A stretch of DNA of 40,920 bases from the IMG/VR virus record IMGVR_UViG_3300021086_000010, positions 1-40,920 of that record. One strand, 5' to 3'. A program made the translations under genes and the position numbers. Source of the DNA: a virus (taxonomy: Duplodnaviria > Caudoviricetes). Position 1 is the stretch's first letter; every line of letters begins with the position of its first letter. Shown here one piece after another: positions 25,417 to 33,294 of this stretch. The notes under the pieces were generated by a model. It had not been told where the DNA came from, ran no database searches, and saw nothing but the letters and a program-made list of their open reading frames with translations.

Positions 25417-25848
25417 ATGAATGTGCCGCTTTTGATCAGCGAACTGAGCCGTGACGAGGGTATCCGTCTCAAGCCCTACACAGATAGCGTTGGTAAGATA
25501 ACCATCGGCATTGGCCGTAACCTCACCGATAAGGGTATCTCCCGGGAGGAGGCTTACCACTTGCTCAACAACGATATTGATGAGGTGATCGGGGAATTAG
25601 ATAAGCGACTTCCTTGGTGGCGCAGGCTGGATGATGTCCGGCAGCGAGTGCTAGCAAATATGGCTTTTAACCTAGGTATTACCAAGTTACTGACCTTCGA
25701 GCGGACCTTAGCCTCGATCATGTTGGGGAGTTTCGGAGATGCCGCTACCGAGATGTTGCAGAGCCAGTGGGCCAAAGAGGTAGGCCCCAGGGCGCAGCGG
25801 CTGGCCCAGATGATGCGAATCGGCCTTGCCCCAGAGGAGATGTCCTGA
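25417..25848 (+). CDS. Endolysin, T4-like lysozyme (GH24)
   Basis: DEGIRLKPYTDSVGKITIGIGRNL has the E-x8-D-x5-T triad; NMAFNLG, S.WA..VG.RA.RL. Confidence 0.95.
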   Translation: MNVPLLISELSRDEGIRLKPYTDSVGKITIGIGRNLTDKGISREEAYHLLNNDIDEVIGELDKRLPWWRRLDDVRQRVLANMAFNLGITKLLTFERTLASIMLGSFGDAATEMLQSQWAKEVGPRAQRLAQMMRIGLAPEEMS

Positions 25849-27791
25849 TGCGCAGAGAAACACTTCTGGGCGGTTTGGTAGCTGCTCTAATCGTGGCCGG
25901 CGGGGTGGTGGCGGTCAGCAGCGATCGGTATATTGGTCAGCAGAGCCGCTTTGCCGCCAGCGGGACTGGCGCTACTTCGCGTACCATCGAGAGCAAGCTC
26001 AGGGACAGCATAAGCGTCAAGGACTTTTCTGGATCTGATTTCTGCGCTCAATTAACTACCGCGATTGCCGCCGTTGGGGCTGGCGGCATCATTCACGCGG
26101 AATCCGTCATTGGTACTCAAGTGTGCGCCAGCAACTTAACGATCAACCAGAGTGGCTTGACAATCATATTGCCGTCCGCTCAAATCAATATCGGCGCTAA
26201 TCAGATCGTTGTGCCTGTCGGCACGTACAATGTGGCCATGATTGGGTCCGCTCCGTTTGGCAGCTATAATGCAGAAACGCAGACCGGCACATTTATCAAC
26301 TATACTGGCTCAGGGGTTGCCGTAGTGGTTGGGGATTCGACCGGAGATACCAACGGCTTTACTATACAGGATGTAACGATCAATATCAATACGGCTGGTT
26401 CCGCCGCTATTGGCCTACAGCTTAACCGCGCCGGAGAATGCAATCTGACTCGCCCTCGGGTGATCGGGTTGGCCACGGCGAATACGCAGAAGCTCATCGA
26501 CCTTGAAGGCTTCACCAATTTCACGGGCTGCAAGATTGATCAGCCGTGGTTGTCACATGGTTTAAACGCAATTTATTGGGGAGCGGCGGCTAACTCGACT
26601 TGGGTGATCGGTGGATATTACCTTGGCCTGAATAACGGTACCGGGACCGCGCTCAACTTCGCAGGGGCGGTGGGCAACCCGGCCGTGGGCAATGTCGTGA
26701 TTGGCGGCGACGTAGAACAATGGGGCACGGTGATGAATTTCGATTATGCTCGTGACACCCAGATTTACGGGCTGCGAACCGAGACTTCTACCAATCTTGC
26801 CACCGCGACCGCGAACTCCACTCGTAATCTGACATTTACAAATGGTATTACCCTGCCGATTACAGATAACGGCACCTACAACGGTTTTGCTACCGTATTG
26901 AGTCCGGTGATCAGCCAAACCAAGATCCAGATCCATAACAAGCAGGATGTACCCTCTAACCTCTGGGTGGGCGCTGGTCTGACGGCAGATCAAGACAGAT
27001 TCATCAGCTTTTTAGACAAGACCGAGAGTCCGCAATGGCGCTTCTGGGTAGACAACGCGAATGTCTGGAGCCTTCAGCATCAGACCGGTCTAATCAGGGA
27101 ACAGCTCGCATCGGGCAATTCTTTCTACAACGCGGAGGCTGGCGGCGGAATTCTTTTCAACAGCGGAACCAACACCGGAACCGGAGGAGTGCAATTCTGG
27201 AGTGGAGGTGCTTCGCCGACGAAAGTGGGAGCGGTCGATTCAATCGGCAGGTATCTGCTTGGCGTGGTACTTCAAGCTAATCTTGGCACTCCCGGCAATG
27301 GCACGATCGTCTACTGTTCCGACTGCACTATTGCGAATCCTTGTGCGGGCGGTGGTACTGGGGCGTTTGCACAAAGAATCAATGGCATATGGGTCTGTGA
27401 TGGCGGTCCAGCTTCCGCCGGATCCGAGCATGATTTCTGCGCTTACAATGCCGCCAACCTGGCTGGCGCTACCGCATTTGCCAGAAGTGTAGCTACCAAT
27501 GCATCTACGCTGACGGCAGATTCGACCATTACTCACGACATCGCCGGAGCCGGCACCGGGACCTTTGTCGCCAAACTGTGCAGCGATGGGACGACCTGTG
27601 GAGCAGGGAATGTTTATTTAACCTGCACGGCCGGAGCGAACTGCGCCACGGCAGCAGCTGGCCGAATTGATGCCTGTACAGTAACAAAAGCGGCGGTACC
27701 GGCCGCAACAACGCTGACTTGGAGCGTAGCGACAGCTTGCGGAACGACCGATCCGGGCATCAACGCCTGCGCTCACTTCACGACTCCCTAG
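25848..27791 (+). CDS. Tailspike/depolymerase-like beta-helix protein with N-terminal signal/TM segment and Cys-rich C-terminus
   Basis: TGATG coupling at 25848; GTGATSRTIESKLRDSISVKDF tailspike neck motif; N/G/T-rich beta-helix; 16 Cys. Confidence 0.8.
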   Translation: MRRETLLGGLVAALIVAGGVVAVSSDRYIGQQSRFAASGTGATSRTIESKLRDSISVKDFSGSDFCAQLTTAIAAVGAGGIIHAESVIGTQVCASNLTINQSGLTIILPSAQINIGANQIVVPVGTYNVAMIGSAPFGSYNAETQTGTFINYTGSGVAVVVGDSTGDTNGFTIQDVTININTAGSAAIGLQLNRAGECNLTRPRVIGLATANTQKLIDLEGFTNFTGCKIDQPWLSHGLNAIYWGAAANSTWVIGGYYLGLNNGTGTALNFAGAVGNPAVGNVVIGGDVEQWGTVMNFDYARDTQIYGLRTETSTNLATATANSTRNLTFTNGITLPITDNGTYNGFATVLSPVISQTKIQIHNKQDVPSNLWVGAGLTADQDRFISFLDKTESPQWRFWVDNANVWSLQHQTGLIREQLASGNSFYNAEAGGGILFNSGTNTGTGGVQFWSGGASPTKVGAVDSIGRYLLGVVLQANLGTPGNGTIVYCSDCTIANPCAGGGTGAFAQRINGIWVCDGGPASAGSEHDFCAYNAANLAGATAFARSVATNASTLTADSTITHDIAGAGTGTFVAKLCSDGTTCGAGNVYLTCTAGANCATAAAGRIDACTVTKAAVPAATTLTWSVATACGTTDPGINACAHFTTP

Positions 27792-27799
27792 GAGAGAAT

Positions 27800-28033
27800 A
27801 TGTGGCCACTTCTTAAGACCTTAGTTCATGAAGCGCTCTTCGATGCCGATCGGGCCAGACGCTGGCTGCGGGGGGCTACTTTCTGGCTGGGCGGAGCGGC
27901 AGTTACGGTGGCTGCAGCCGGATGGGAAGCAGCTTCCCATTGGACCCTACGTGACTGGCTGGGTAGACTGGCCTTGGCCTCAGTGGTGGGTCTGGGCGGG
28001 CTGATGAGCTCGCGGAGCGGAGAGCCGAAATGA
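27800..28033 (+). CDS. Holin candidate (two TM segments)
   Basis: GGAG RBS; 77 aa with two hydrophobic segments; adjacent to the spanin gene. Confidence 0.6.
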   Translation: MWPLLKTLVHEALFDADRARRWLRGATFWLGGAAVTVAAAGWEAASHWTLRDWLGRLALASVVGLGGLMSSRSGEPK

Positions 28034-28542
28034 AGTGGGCAATCCTACTACTCCTCTGCGCTTGCGCCAGTCATCGACAAGAGGCCAGCCAGGTTGACGA
28101 GAAGGCTCAAACCTGGGATACCCATACCTTCTCGGGTGACACGGAAGTCCACAGGACCCAAGAGCCCTCTAAAACCACGACTACAATAGAGGAATTTAAT
28201 CCCCTGGAGGAGTTTGCGGAGTCGAACGCTCTGGGCGATAGCACTGGGCCGGTGAAAACTCGTGTTACTAAGGTGCCCGCGCATCTCGTCAAGCGTACTA
28301 CGGTTGTGACCGAACGTGGCCAAGTGACCACCGAGACCTCCAAGAAGGCCGATTCCAGCGCCGCAGCCTCGTCCACAGCAACGCTGGCCGGGAAGGCGAC
28401 CTCCGAGTCATCCTCCCGGCCGAGTCTCGGATTTGGGGTCCTGGGCCTCTTAGTGGCGGGCGTGGGTGTTTGGCTGGTCCTGACTCGTGGCACCTGGCTG
28501 CCGAAGGCGCTGGGATTGGCCAGACGCTTGCTTGGTCTCTAA
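28030..28542 (+). CDS. Unimolecular spanin (u-spanin, T1 gp11-type architecture)
   Basis: MKWAILLLLCA-C lipobox with non-Asp +2 residue, Thr-rich beta periplasmic region, C-terminal TM (LGFGVLGLLVAGVGVWLVL) and basic tail. Confidence 0.8.
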   Translation: MKWAILLLLCACASHRQEASQVDEKAQTWDTHTFSGDTEVHRTQEPSKTTTTIEEFNPLEEFAESNALGDSTGPVKTRVTKVPAHLVKRTTVVTERGQVTTETSKKADSSAAASSTATLAGKATSESSSRPSLGFGVLGLLVAGVGVWLVLTRGTWLPKALGLARRLLGL

Positions 28543-28866
28543 CGCACCGAGTCGAATCTCCAGCTCCTCGATCTTACGCTCATGCGCTAAGAGCGTATGC
28601 GCAATAGTATTTCCCCAGATCTTGCGAAGATACTCGTTATTTGTACCGGGGCCTACCCACATTTGCTCCAAGGGCAGACAACACTCCGGAAGTGGCGGTG
28701 ATGGTGGCGGGGCAATGAGAATCGGCCTGCTGATGTGGGGCGGAGTTTTATCTGTTTGTACCGTGCGTATCAAATGGTAAGTCATCGTGACGATAGCACA
28801 ATATCCACCCATCACGAACAATGCCTTCTCCCAGATTGCCCAGCCGGTGAATATCTTGCGCATCAT
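28450..28866 (-). CDS. Membrane-anchored hypothetical protein
   Basis: N-terminal TM segment, Pro-rich linker, coiled coil; ATGA coupling to the upstream gene; 3' end overlaps the spanin gene. Confidence 0.65.
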   Translation of the reverse strand: MMRKIFTGWAIWEKALFVMGGYCAIVTMTYHLIRTVQTDKTPPHISRPILIAPPPSPPLPECCLPLEQMWVGPGTNNEYLRKIWGNTIAHTLLAHERKIEELEIRLGALETKQASGQSQRLRQPGATSQDQPNTHARH

Positions 28867-29444
28867 TGGAGTGGATAGGGGTTACGGATCGGGCGATATG
28901 TCTGCATTCCCGTAATTATGGCGATTTGATGGAATTGCTCCTCGTCATTCTCCAGAAGTAGTTTATTAGCCAAGAGCTCATCATGAATTGGCACTCTCCT
29001 ATAGGATACAGGAGTAGCCAATTGTTCGGGAGTGAGGCTAAGCCATTCATCCGACAAAAATCCATGATCTCTGCAGTAGTCTAGTAGCGTTCTCGGATCT
29101 GGCTCGACAGTCTGTACGCACAACGAATGGGTGACCGGAGCCATCTCCATTAACATAATGGACGTATTTATCTGTGTTTCCGCCGGGGGAGCTACCCGAT
29201 AAATCGTATGGTTCCCAGCCACAAACAGATACACTTGCCTCTTTCCTCGCACAAAGAATCGTGCCTTCATATCGAACATCTCCCGCTGCTCCTCCGAGAG
29301 AAACCTGCGGAGGAGGCGGAGAGCGCGCCCCTCCGCCAGATTCTCCGCGTAGATAGGATTACCCTCCCACCATGCGGGGGACAAGTACCACCTCCTGGGC
29401 GTTAGGATTGAAGTCTCTGGTGATTTTAGCTTGGCCGGTCTCAT
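28863..29444 (-). CDS. Partner of the ubiquitin-like protein (start uncertain)
   Basis: AEGRALRLLRRFLSEEQ...F.V.G...Y...LC...P..D.LLANKLLLENDEEQF..IA; directly downstream of the GG-ending ORF. Confidence 0.75.
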   Translation of the reverse strand: MRPAKLKSPETSILTPRRWYLSPAWWEGNPIYAENLAEGRALRLLRRFLSEEQREMFDMKARFFVRGKRQVYLFVAGNHTIYRVAPPAETQINTSIMLMEMAPVTHSLCVQTVEPDPRTLLDYCRDHGFLSDEWLSLTPEQLATPVSYRRVPIHDELLANKLLLENDEEQFHQIAIITGMQTYRPIRNPYPLQ

Positions 29445-29574
29445 CTACATCGTAGGCGAAATAGCCCTTCGAGCCGACCAACTCCTTGAACGTCTCCTCC
29501 GCCTCAGTGTACGCCTCGGGGGTGAAGTCTTTGGAGAAGTCTCCCGCTGCGGACAATACCGTCAGTTTAGACAC
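29359..29574 (-). CDS. Small protein ending in Gly-Gly, putative ubiquitin-like / beta-grasp (71 aa)
   Basis: AAGGAGG-GTG at 29574; ends EVVLVPRMVGG-stop, like MoaD/ThiS C-termini. Confidence 0.8.
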   Translation of the reverse strand: MSKLTVLSAAGDFSKDFTPEAYTEAEETFKELVGSKGYFAYDVDETGQAKITRDFNPNAQEVVLVPRMVGG

Positions 29575-29588
29575 GTTTCCTCCTTTGT

Positions 29589-30758
29589 TCACTCCTCATG
29601 CTCCTCTAATTCTTTGGCCTGAATCCGATGAACGTCTACCCTCTCATAGCGCCGCTCCGTGATCCCCCCCTTGCTCCGTAGAGCCCCCATGATTTCTCTC
29701 AAACCGGCGGCGATGGGTTTTCCACAGCTTTTTAACATTCTCCGAATTCCAGTCTGGGTAGCCTTCATTTCCACGGCGGAATCGGCGCCATCCCTCCCGT
29801 ACAATTCAGTCAAGAACTTGTGGGTCACTTCTCCGTCGAGGGCTTGGCGCTTAACGGTCATTGGCCCCAAGATCAAGCCATCGCCCAGGTCGATGGGGTT
29901 CTCCCGGGCAAAGCCATAGACGGCGTTCTTCACCCGGTTAGCGATCTCCAATACCTGAACGGTCCGCAAGTAAGCAGCCTTGGCCGTCTTCGGGGTAAGG
30001 AAGGTCATAATCTCCTTCTCCAGGGCCTGGCCATTCTGGCCCATCAGGACCGCCAGAGTACGCTGCTCCGGGCAGGCAGAGAAGGCCGGACAAAACTTAC
30101 AGTGGAGTCCGGTGGCAACAAGGGGGGAGCCACCTCCAGAAACCACTGCTACCGCCTTCTCCACCGCCCGAACGATGTCGGCGAGCTCCAAGGCAATGGC
30201 ATCCAGATGCCAGTTATCCAGAACGACCGATTCCGTGGTCACCCTGCCGGTCTCGCCGATCCGAATCACCTCTGCGATCGCCCGATCGGTCTCCATTATC
30301 CGAGCAGCGGCCAAAGCGTAGAAGCGGACCTGTAGGCAGTCGGCTACCGGGGGAACATGATGCCCCAAGCCTGTCTTCAAATCTCCCACGTAAGCATAAC
30401 GTACTCCATCGATAGTCCGAAGGCCCATGATATCCGGAGATCCGGCGATTTCGTCTGCTGCCAGTTGGCTGACCACCCGTCTGGCTAGTCCGGTTTTGAC
30501 GTTATAGGCGAGACCAGCTTCGTATTCGCCTTCGGGAATAGCTTCCAGATCAATCGAATCCAAGTATACACGATGCTCTTCCGGCGCCTTAAACGGCTCC
30601 TGCCGGGCGTTACGTAGAACATACGCATGAACGATATCTCCTCTCTCCGAGGCCGCCGTAACCCGCCGCGTCCAAGGCAAGGCATGGCTGGCCGGACAAT
30701 GCTTTACTCGATCCAAGTGAGACGCAGAGGGTAATACTCCTTTATCGCGTGGGACCAT
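29589..30758 (-). CDS. PD-(D/E)XK exonuclease (RecB/Cas4-like)
   Basis: PSAS....CP.S, G..VH, GSPD...DLKTG...Q...YA, HCKFCP....CP Fe-S motif; GGAGGGTA RBS before ATG 30758. Confidence 0.88.
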   Translation of the reverse strand: MVPRDKGVLPSASHLDRVKHCPASHALPWTRRVTAASERGDIVHAYVLRNARQEPFKAPEEHRVYLDSIDLEAIPEGEYEAGLAYNVKTGLARRVVSQLAADEIAGSPDIMGLRTIDGVRYAYVGDLKTGLGHHVPPVADCLQVRFYALAAARIMETDRAIAEVIRIGETGRVTTESVVLDNWHLDAIALELADIVRAVEKAVAVVSGGGSPLVATGLHCKFCPAFSACPEQRTLAVLMGQNGQALEKEIMTFLTPKTAKAAYLRTVQVLEIANRVKNAVYGFARENPIDLGDGLILGPMTVKRQALDGEVTHKFLTELYGRDGADSAVEMKATQTGIRRMLKSCGKPIAAGLREIMGALRSKGGITERRYERVDVHRIQAKELEEHEE

Positions 30759-30859
30759 CGTTACTACCCTCCTGCCTTCCAGGAAAACTCCCACCAAGCA
30801 CGGGCCGCGCCCGGTGGGCTACTTAGCCGGCCTGCTGCACTGTGCTTCGGCCCAGGGCC

Positions 30860-30893
30860 GCTGCTCCTGATAGGTCTGCGCAGCCTTGGCCCT
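30860..30893. repeat. 34-bp exact direct repeat of ERF coding sequence (other copy 32554-32587)
   Basis: gctgctcctgataggtctgcgcagccttggccct at both positions. Confidence 0.95.
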
Positions 30894-30964
30894 GGTCGCG
30901 GGAAGTGGAGTTGAACCACTAGGGCCTGGCTTATGAGGCCTGGCTGGAAACCGTTCCTCCCGCA
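30893..30964 (-). tRNA. tRNA-Met(CAT)-like, atypical cloverleaf with encoded CCA
   Basis: Acceptor TGCGGGA/TCCCGCG-A-CCA, T-arm AGTGG-TTCAACT-CCACT, anticodon loop CTCATAA, minimal D-arm GGAA-CGGT-TTCC. Confidence 0.8.
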
Positions 30965-31210
30965 AGATGACGCAAAGGGAAAGGGGTAAGGAATAAGCTC
31001 CGAAGGTGCCATAGGGTTGGAGAAAAGCCTTGCAGTCGCCGTTAATGACAGTCGCAAAACAGGCATACTCTCCTCGCTCCTACGGCCGGTTGGGAATATT
31101 TCACCCGGAGCCGGCTCACCGGCGTTGGTTACCCTTTCTCCCTCTGCGGGGACTTACCCGGTCTATCAACCCGGGCGAGCCCCAAACTGGTTTCAATTCC
31201 CATCTCTTCC
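30965..31210 (-). ncRNA. Candidate ~245-nt structured ncRNA
   Basis: Nested long-range helices: 31129-31147 with 30972-30989; 31102-31111 with 30997-31008; 31079-31085 with 31009-31015; 31068-31073 with 31019-31024. Confidence 0.65.
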
Positions 31211-31720
31211 CTATTCGAAGTAGCTCGCCTCCACATCAAGTTCGATTTCCTTTTGGTTGGCTCTGGCGATCGCCGAGCGGATCTCGGTAGCCCGCCGCAT
31301 CGCCGCGGTAGCCTCTTTGGCGATGTCAGCCGGCTTCATGGTCGGATGCGGCCACTCCTCGTCCTTTTTCCGGACGCCGGATGGCTCTCCACCCCACGTC
31401 CTTTGCCTCTCTCCGGCGCTCAGGGCGCCCTTCCACAAAGCCGTTTCCCGTTCGTAGACCCCCAAGGCCTTCACCCAGAAGCCTAAAGTCCGGCTCTCCG
31501 AGAGCGCCTCTGCCAATACCCGAGTATTGTATAATGACTGTAGGGCCTGCAAATGGGCAATAGAGAGCTCGGCCACCTGCAAGGCGGTAGCTTCCCGAGC
31601 AGGATTCTTCTGCTCGTCGGAGAAGGCCATCAGGGAATCCTTGAAGGTCTTCTCAGCCGCCTCCTTACGGACAGTCCAGATGGAAATCGCCTCGCGGATC
31701 TTGGTTCCCGTCAGTTTCAT
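31211..31720 (-). CDS. Long coiled-coil protein, DIP1984-like
   Basis: All-helical; LQ..Q..YN..V and EIRSAIARAN..EIEL patterns reminiscent of the DIP1984 family; GGAGG RBS. Confidence 0.6.
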   Translation of the reverse strand: MKLTGTKIREAISIWTVRKEAAEKTFKDSLMAFSDEQKNPAREATALQVAELSIAHLQALQSLYNTRVLAEALSESRTLGFWVKALGVYERETALWKGALSAGERQRTWGGEPSGVRKKDEEWPHPTMKPADIAKEATAAMRRATEIRSAIARANQKEIELDVEASYFE

Positions 31721-31731
31721 TTCATCCTCCC

Positions 31732-32085
31732 TTATGCGGCCGGATCCGATTCCGGCAAGCCAAGACTGAGCGCGATGGCCTTATCCATCACCGCCAGTAC
31801 CTCTTTTTTGGTGCGCCCAGGATCGTCATTCCATCCGGGTATATCATGGATGGTTCCGAACGGTAATGCCGCTCTGGCAACTATATTGCTAATTCGCACA
31901 TAGTCTAGCTTGGATTTGCTATCGTAGCCACCCAAAGCGACGTGTAATGCTCCGCCCACACAATAAGCCATACTGCCATCGGAGCATAATCGCCGTGCGG
32001 CACCTTGGCACCAGCCTTGTTCCAGCAGGGCGCGGGTATCGCAAAGCACCTTAATCGTAATGTCCACTTCGATCTGCTTGGTCAT
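31732..32085 (-). CDS. DUF6197-like phage protein
   Basis: GWCQG, YCVGGAL, WNDDPGRTKKEVLA..DKAI. Confidence 0.75.
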   Translation of the reverse strand: MTKQIEVDITIKVLCDTRALLEQGWCQGAARRLCSDGSMAYCVGGALHVALGGYDSKSKLDYVRISNIVARAALPFGTIHDIPGWNDDPGRTKKEVLAVMDKAIALSLGLPESDPAA

Positions 32086-32088
32086 AAA

Positions 32089-32451
32089 CTATGCCTCCGG
32101 AGTGCTGCCAGATGCGTAAGTAGAATTCGTGTAATTCACCGCCTGGCTCCAAGCCCACTTATCCAACACCAAGTGGATATAATCTGCCTCGGACAACTCG
32201 ATGTTCTCCTCGATGTTGGCCTTCACCATCTCAATGGCCCGATCATATTCCTCGGTCTTGTCTTGTGGGATGGCAATGAGAAAAGAGGTCTCGGGCATCT
32301 TATTCTTCCGGATTAACTCAATGTTCTTTTCGAAGCGCCGGAGAGTTGTCTTATAGAAGCCATCTAGAGCTTTCTCAAAAAGCCCCCGATGGGCAGTGCG
32401 ATTAGTGGCCAGCCTGTCCAGCAGCCATCCCTTCTTAACGGTCGCATTCAT
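32089..32451 (-). CDS. Conserved helical phage hypothetical protein
   Basis: LL..L..NR..H...F..A..G, P.D.T.EYDRAIEM, IELS...Y...VLD.W.W; GGAG RBS. Confidence 0.8.
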   Translation of the reverse strand: MNATVKKGWLLDRLATNRTAHRGLFEKALDGFYKTTLRRFEKNIELIRKNKMPETSFLIAIPQDKTEEYDRAIEMVKANIEENIELSEADYIHLVLDKWAWSQAVNYTNSTYASGSTPEA

Positions 32452-32452
32452 C

Positions 32453-33241
32453 TTATTCTCTCTTCTCCTGGACCTTGCGGCGCAGCTGCTCCGCCTCGGT
32501 CATCGTCAGCTGCTGTTTGCCGACTGCCAGATATAATTCCCTAGTTAGTTTCAGCTGCTCCTGATAGGTCTGCGCAGCCTTGGCCCTTTCTAGGAAACCG
32601 ATCTGATCAAACCTTCCCGGCGGAGGCACCGGAGGGAGGGAGGAGGGTACGGAACCCTCACCTCCATCCCCCGCCGAGAAGTCAAGAGGAGGCTGGCCGG
32701 ATTCACGAGGTACCTCGCTTCCGGCCGTACTCACTACCGAGTCCCGGGTACGTCCCCAAGGAATCTCGCTAGCGCTGGTCCGCGCGCCAGCCGCAGCCTC
32801 CAACTTGCTATTGCCATTCCGGCGGCGGAACGAAGCCGCTTCACCGTCGTCATCTTCGTCCGAGACAACTCCGACCATCGCTCCCAGCGCATAGCGGCGA
32901 CCGTAGGTGATGGCACTGCCGATGGCCTGGGGAGTGATCTCTGCTGCAGTGAGGGTCAAGCCCTCCTCGATCCACTGCCCACTGGCATGAGCGAGCAAAG
33001 TGAAAATGGTTACCCGATTGCCCTCGGCGATCACCGTCTGCACGATCGCCAGACCATTGTCGGAGAGGGGCACCCGGCAAACCTCCCAGACATCGGCCAA
33101 GGTAGAATAGTGGTACTGATAGGTCTTGCCGGTTCGCTGGGAAGCCACGTTGGCCACACTGGCCTTGGGAGCTACCTTGATCTTGGCCTGGGCCTTGGCC
33201 AAGGCGGCAGCGAGCTCGTTGATCTGCTCTGATCGGTTCAC
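32453..33241 (-). CDS. erf: ERF-family ssDNA annealing protein
   Basis: SEQINELAAALAKAQ, Y.Y.TL, LAHASGQWI, Q.IGSAITYGRRYAL..MVGV..DEDDDG. Confidence 0.93.
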   Translation of the reverse strand: MNRSEQINELAAALAKAQAKIKVAPKASVANVASQRTGKTYQYHYSTLADVWEVCRVPLSDNGLAIVQTVIAEGNRVTIFTLLAHASGQWIEEGLTLTAAEITPQAIGSAITYGRRYALGAMVGVVSDEDDDGEAASFRRRNGNSKLEAAAGARTSASEIPWGRTRDSVVSTAGSEVPRESGQPPLDFSAGDGGEGSVPSSLPPVPPPGRFDQIGFLERAKAAQTYQEQLKLTRELYLAVGKQQLTMTEAEQLRRKVQEKRE

Positions 33242-33294
33242 CTACCCTCCTATCCACTTGACCTTTTCTCTCTGATCAAGCACACCGTAGGGGT

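Noticed and set aside
25767-25847. Upstream extension of the 674-aa ORF
   Set aside because: It overlaps the endolysin; GAGGAG plus TGATG coupling supports ATG 25848, which exposes the signal sequence.
30764-31066. 100-aa minus ORF across the tRNA
   Set aside because: It overlaps the tRNA and the paired ncRNA arms, and its composition is not protein-like.
30860-32587. Diversity-generating retroelement TR/VR pair
   Set aside because: The copies are identical with no adenine-specific differences, only 34 bp long, and no reverse transcriptase is present.
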